NCBI GenBank assembly: GCA_965227295.1
Contig: OZ245742.1
Location: forward strand, 3,936,001-4,000,000
From: Leptonemataceae bacterium
GTDB lineage: Bacteria; Spirochaetota; Leptospiria; Leptospirales; Leptonemataceae
DNA: 64,000 nucleotides
Direction of reading: 5' to 3'
The notes beneath the pieces were generated by a model that saw only the letters and a list, made by a program, of their open reading frames with translations, was not told where the DNA came from and searched no databases. Positions 61,966 through 64,000 of this stretch are shown one piece after another. How positions within the stretch are numbered: position 1 is the stretch's first letter; each line of letters opens with the position of its first letter. Made by a program: the position numbers and the translations under genes.

Positions 61966-62978
61966 ACGCCCCGAATCGTAGTGTAAGTGGCGGCCAGTGT
62001 AAATTAAGACTTTTATGGGTACAACCGGTTCCAGCTGACGGGCGGAGGTCATGCCGGGGAGCGTGGTAAGGCGGACCGGAACGGCGTCTTCGTTTCGGAA
62101 AAACCATCAAGCGAAGGCGCACTCTGGAGCCCCGCTCTATCCGCGGGGCGGAGCGAGTGCGCCTTCGCGCCCGGCGCACCGGAACGGCGTCTTCATCGCA
62201 AGAATCACCTCGGTAGCTGAGTCGCACAACCGGCGTCCGGGTCGAAGCAAGCGTGCTTCGCAAAACGAAAAACCACAACTCCCGCTTCGCCGTAGCCATA
62301 AAAATCCCTTCACTGTTCCGCAACTCACTTCCTGTTTCTCACAGCAACAGTTGCGAACCGCAGCTCTTGAGCTACCGGCAACGCTCAGGTTGTTCGTAAA
62401 CGCCCCGAATCGTGGTGTAAGTGGCGGCCAGTGTAAATTAAGACTTTTATGGGTACGGCTGGTTCCAGCTGACGGGCGGAGGTCATGCCGGGGAATATGG
62501 TAAGGCGGACCGGAACGGCGTCTTCGTCGCAAGAATCGCCTCGGTAGCTGAGTCGCACAACCGCGTCCGGGTCGAACACAGCATTCTTAACAAAACGAAA
62601 TACCACAACTCCCGCGAGCCGTAGCCAAATCAATCCCTGCAAAATTTCGCAACTTACCTTATGATTCTCACGACAAACGCCGTGAACCGCAGCTCTTGAA
62701 TTACCGGAAACGCGCGGGTTGTTCGCGGACGCCCCGGATCGTAGTGTAAGTGGCGGCCAGTGTAAAATAAGGCTTTTATGGGTACGGCTGGTTCCAGGCG
62801 ACCACGGAGGTCATGCCGGGGAAATGTGGGGCGCGCACTGGAACGGCGTCTTCGCCGTAAGAGACGCAACGGGGACATAACGACCCCTTCACCGTTGCGC
62901 AACTTACTTCATGTTTCTCACGGCAATCGCAACGAACACGGCTCTTGAACTACCGGAAACGTTTTATTTGCTCGAGTA
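61962..62978 (+). repeat. 330-bp-unit repeat array 4 (about three units with one insertion and one deletion)
   Basis: ACGCCCCG at 61966, 62400 and 62729 gives spacings of 434 and 329. Starts inside the GNAT stop codon and ends 8 nt before the cysN stop. Confidence 0.97.
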
Positions 62979-62986
62979 TCGTGGGC

Positions 62987-64000
62987 TTACTCCGGCGCAA
63001 GCAACATCCCTGCGGCAACGGTACTGTTCGTTCCTTCGTCGATGAGAATGAACGAACCCGTGCGGCGGTTCTTGCGGTAGTCGTCGTAGAAGATCGGTGC
63101 GGCCACTTTTAACTCGACTTCGCCGATGTCGTTCAACGTGAGTTCGTCCGCGTTTTCCGTTTCGAGTCTCTCGATGTCCATGCGATTGTTCACGGCCTGG
63201 ACGATCGCGCGCACGCGATGCGTCGTGTGTTGCAACAGGAACTTCCCGCGCGGGCGGAGCGGTTCGTCGGTCATCCAGCAGAGTTTCGCGCGCAATTCTT
63301 TGCCGGCAAACGGAGCGTTGTCCGCGGGAACGATCATAGTGCCGCGGCTGGCGTCGACTTCGTCTTCCAGGCGCAACGATACCGCCATGGGAGCGAATGC
63401 GGCTTCGAGTTCCCCCTGAAAAACATCGATGCTTTTGATTTTCGTTTCGGTACCCGCGGGCAACACGCGCACGGTGTCGCCTTTGCGGAACGTGCCCGAG
63501 GCCACGCGGCCGGCGAAGGCCCGGTAGTCCGGATGCTCCGGGGTCTGCGGGCGGATTACCGTTTGTACGGGAAAGCGCGGATCCTCTAAGTTCTCGTCGT
63601 GTTCCAGCTCCACCGTCTCCAGGTGTTCCAGCAGCGTCGGTCCGTCGTAGTAACTCATATTCGGCGAACGTTTGACCACGTTTTCGCCTTCGAGAGCGGA
63701 GACCGGAATCACCCGGGAGTCGCGAATGCCGAGCTGTGCCGTGAGGGCCTTGAATCCGTCGCGGATTTTCTCAAACGTTTGTTGATCGTAACCTACCAGG
63801 TCCATCTTGTTCACGCAGAGCACCACGTGCGGAATTCCCAGAAGCGACGTGATGTAGCTGTGCCGGCGCGTTTGTTCGATGATGCCTTTGCGAGCGTCCA
63901 CGAGCAGGATGGCCAGGTTCGCCGTGGACGCGCCGGTGACCATATTGCGGGTGTACTGCACGTGGCCGGGCGTGTCCGCGATGATGAACTTGCGTTTGTC
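62987..64000 (-). CDS. cysN: sulfate adenylyltransferase subunit 1 (5' end outside the window)
   Basis: RKFIIADTPGHVQYTRNMVTGASTA, VNKMD, RFPVQTVIRP and TGSFILIDEGTNSTVAAGM. Confidence 0.95.
   Translation of the reverse strand, partial: DKRKFIIADTPGHVQYTRNMVTGASTANLAILLVDARKGIIEQTRRHSYITSLLGIPHVVLCVNKMDLVGYDQQTFEKIRDGFKALTAQLGIRDSRVIPVSALEGENVVKRSPNMSYYDGPTLLEHLETVELEHDENLEDPRFPVQTVIRPQTPEHPDYRAFAGRVASGTFRKGDTVRVLPAGTETKIKSIDVFQGELEAAFAPMAVSLRLEDEVDASRGTMIVPADNAPFAGKELRAKLCWMTDEPLRPRGKFLLQHTTHRVRAIVQAVNNRMDIERLETENADELTLNDIGEVELKVAAPIFYDDYRKNRRTGSFILIDEGTNSTVAAGMLLAPE

Overview
GC-rich bacterial chromosomal window, very probably from a Leptospiraceae spirochete, judged from recalled similarity of three proteins to Leptospira FcpA, OmpL37 and DUF1577 families. 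It holds about 51 CDS. Housekeeping genes include avtA, yggS, sppA, surE, carB, lysS, nrdJ, lysA, a UvrD/Rep helicase and a partial cysN. A CarH/LitR-type B12 photoreceptor heads a cfa/DUF1365/FAD-oxidoreductase cluster resembling furan fatty acid synthesis genes. An Rnl2-like RNA ligase sits behind a candidate leader-peptide attenuator. The most unusual structure is non-coding. Four dispersed tandem arrays of a ~330-bp mosaic unit (about 3.2 kb in total) lie at gene 3' ends, and the three complete arrays fill convergent junctions. They are built from invariant blocks and fixed-length variable blocks and carry optional covarying hairpin modules. Two further families of short palindromic elements occur, and one copy hosts an internally deleted IS1182-type element missed by the ORF track. 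No rRNA, tRNA or CRISPR was seen. All family assignments come from motif reading and memory, not database searches.
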